Assembly (NCBI GenBank): GCA_013265495.1
Contig: MU060071.1
Span: 1 to 64,000 of the forward strand
Direction of reading: 5' to 3'
Length of the DNA: 64,000 nucleotides
From: Vicugna vicugna
Taxonomy: Eukaryota
Below, one piece after another: positions 63,801-64,000 of this stretch. Made by a program: the position numbers and the translations under genes. Below the pieces are notes generated by a model. The model was not told the origin of the DNA, searched no databases, and saw only the letters and a program-made list of their open reading frames with translations. Numbering within the stretch: the stretch's first letter is position 1; each line of letters begins with the position of its first letter.

Positions 63801-63873
63801 GACAATGAGACTGGCACGGAGTCCGTGGTCAGCCACCGGCGGGAGCGAGCCCGACGCCGGAACCGTGAGGAGG
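57564..63873 (+). CDS. DVL1: Dishevelled-1, 5' part (DIX domain). CDS exons 57564-57733, 63173-63242, 63372-63493, 63770-63873; continues beyond the window
   Basis: [57 protein letters not shown]|[23 protein letters not shown]|LVLAEG...RPPSFH|[34 protein letters not shown]; exon sizes 170/70/122/104. Confidence 0.97.
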
Positions 63874-64000
63874 GTAAAGAGGCCACGCCCTTGACCTCCC
63901 TGGGGCCCCTGTGGTGCACCCATGCCCTGCTGACCCTGGGTATAGCCCCCCCCTGTCAAGTGGGGGTCCCTTGGTAGAGGTTCTAGACCCAACTGCCCAG

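Overview
GC-rich mammalian genomic DNA with spliced genes, syntenic with human 1p36.33 but in the opposite orientation. Gene order: VWA1 (-, runs off the left edge), TMEM88B (-), ANKRD65 (+), MRPL20 (+), CCNL2 (+), AURKAIP1 (+), MXRA8 (+), DVL1 (+, exons 1-4, runs off the right edge). Exon boundaries were read by hand from GT-AG sites and reading-frame continuity. A tRNA-derived SINE at 34.6 kb resembles the camelid (camel/alpaca) type, so a camelid source is likely but unproven. Three N-gaps of 132-142 nt indicate a gapped draft assembly; CCNL2 exon 5 appears to lie in one. Most notable: (1) a perfect in-frame 258-bp tandem duplication in an ANKRD65 exon (real expansion or assembly artefact); (2) a ~70-bp TSD-flanked retro-insertion with two poly(A) tracts, resembling a miniature L1 3' transduction; (3) CCNL2 poison-exon and intronic poly(A) architecture; (4) a candidate spliced antisense transcript between MRPL20 and CCNL2; (5) an MXRA8 lacking the Bovinae alphavirus-blocking insertion. 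No CRISPR or prokaryotic features were seen, and I cannot claim a new biological system. Orthologue and repeat-family comparisons are from memory, not database searches.
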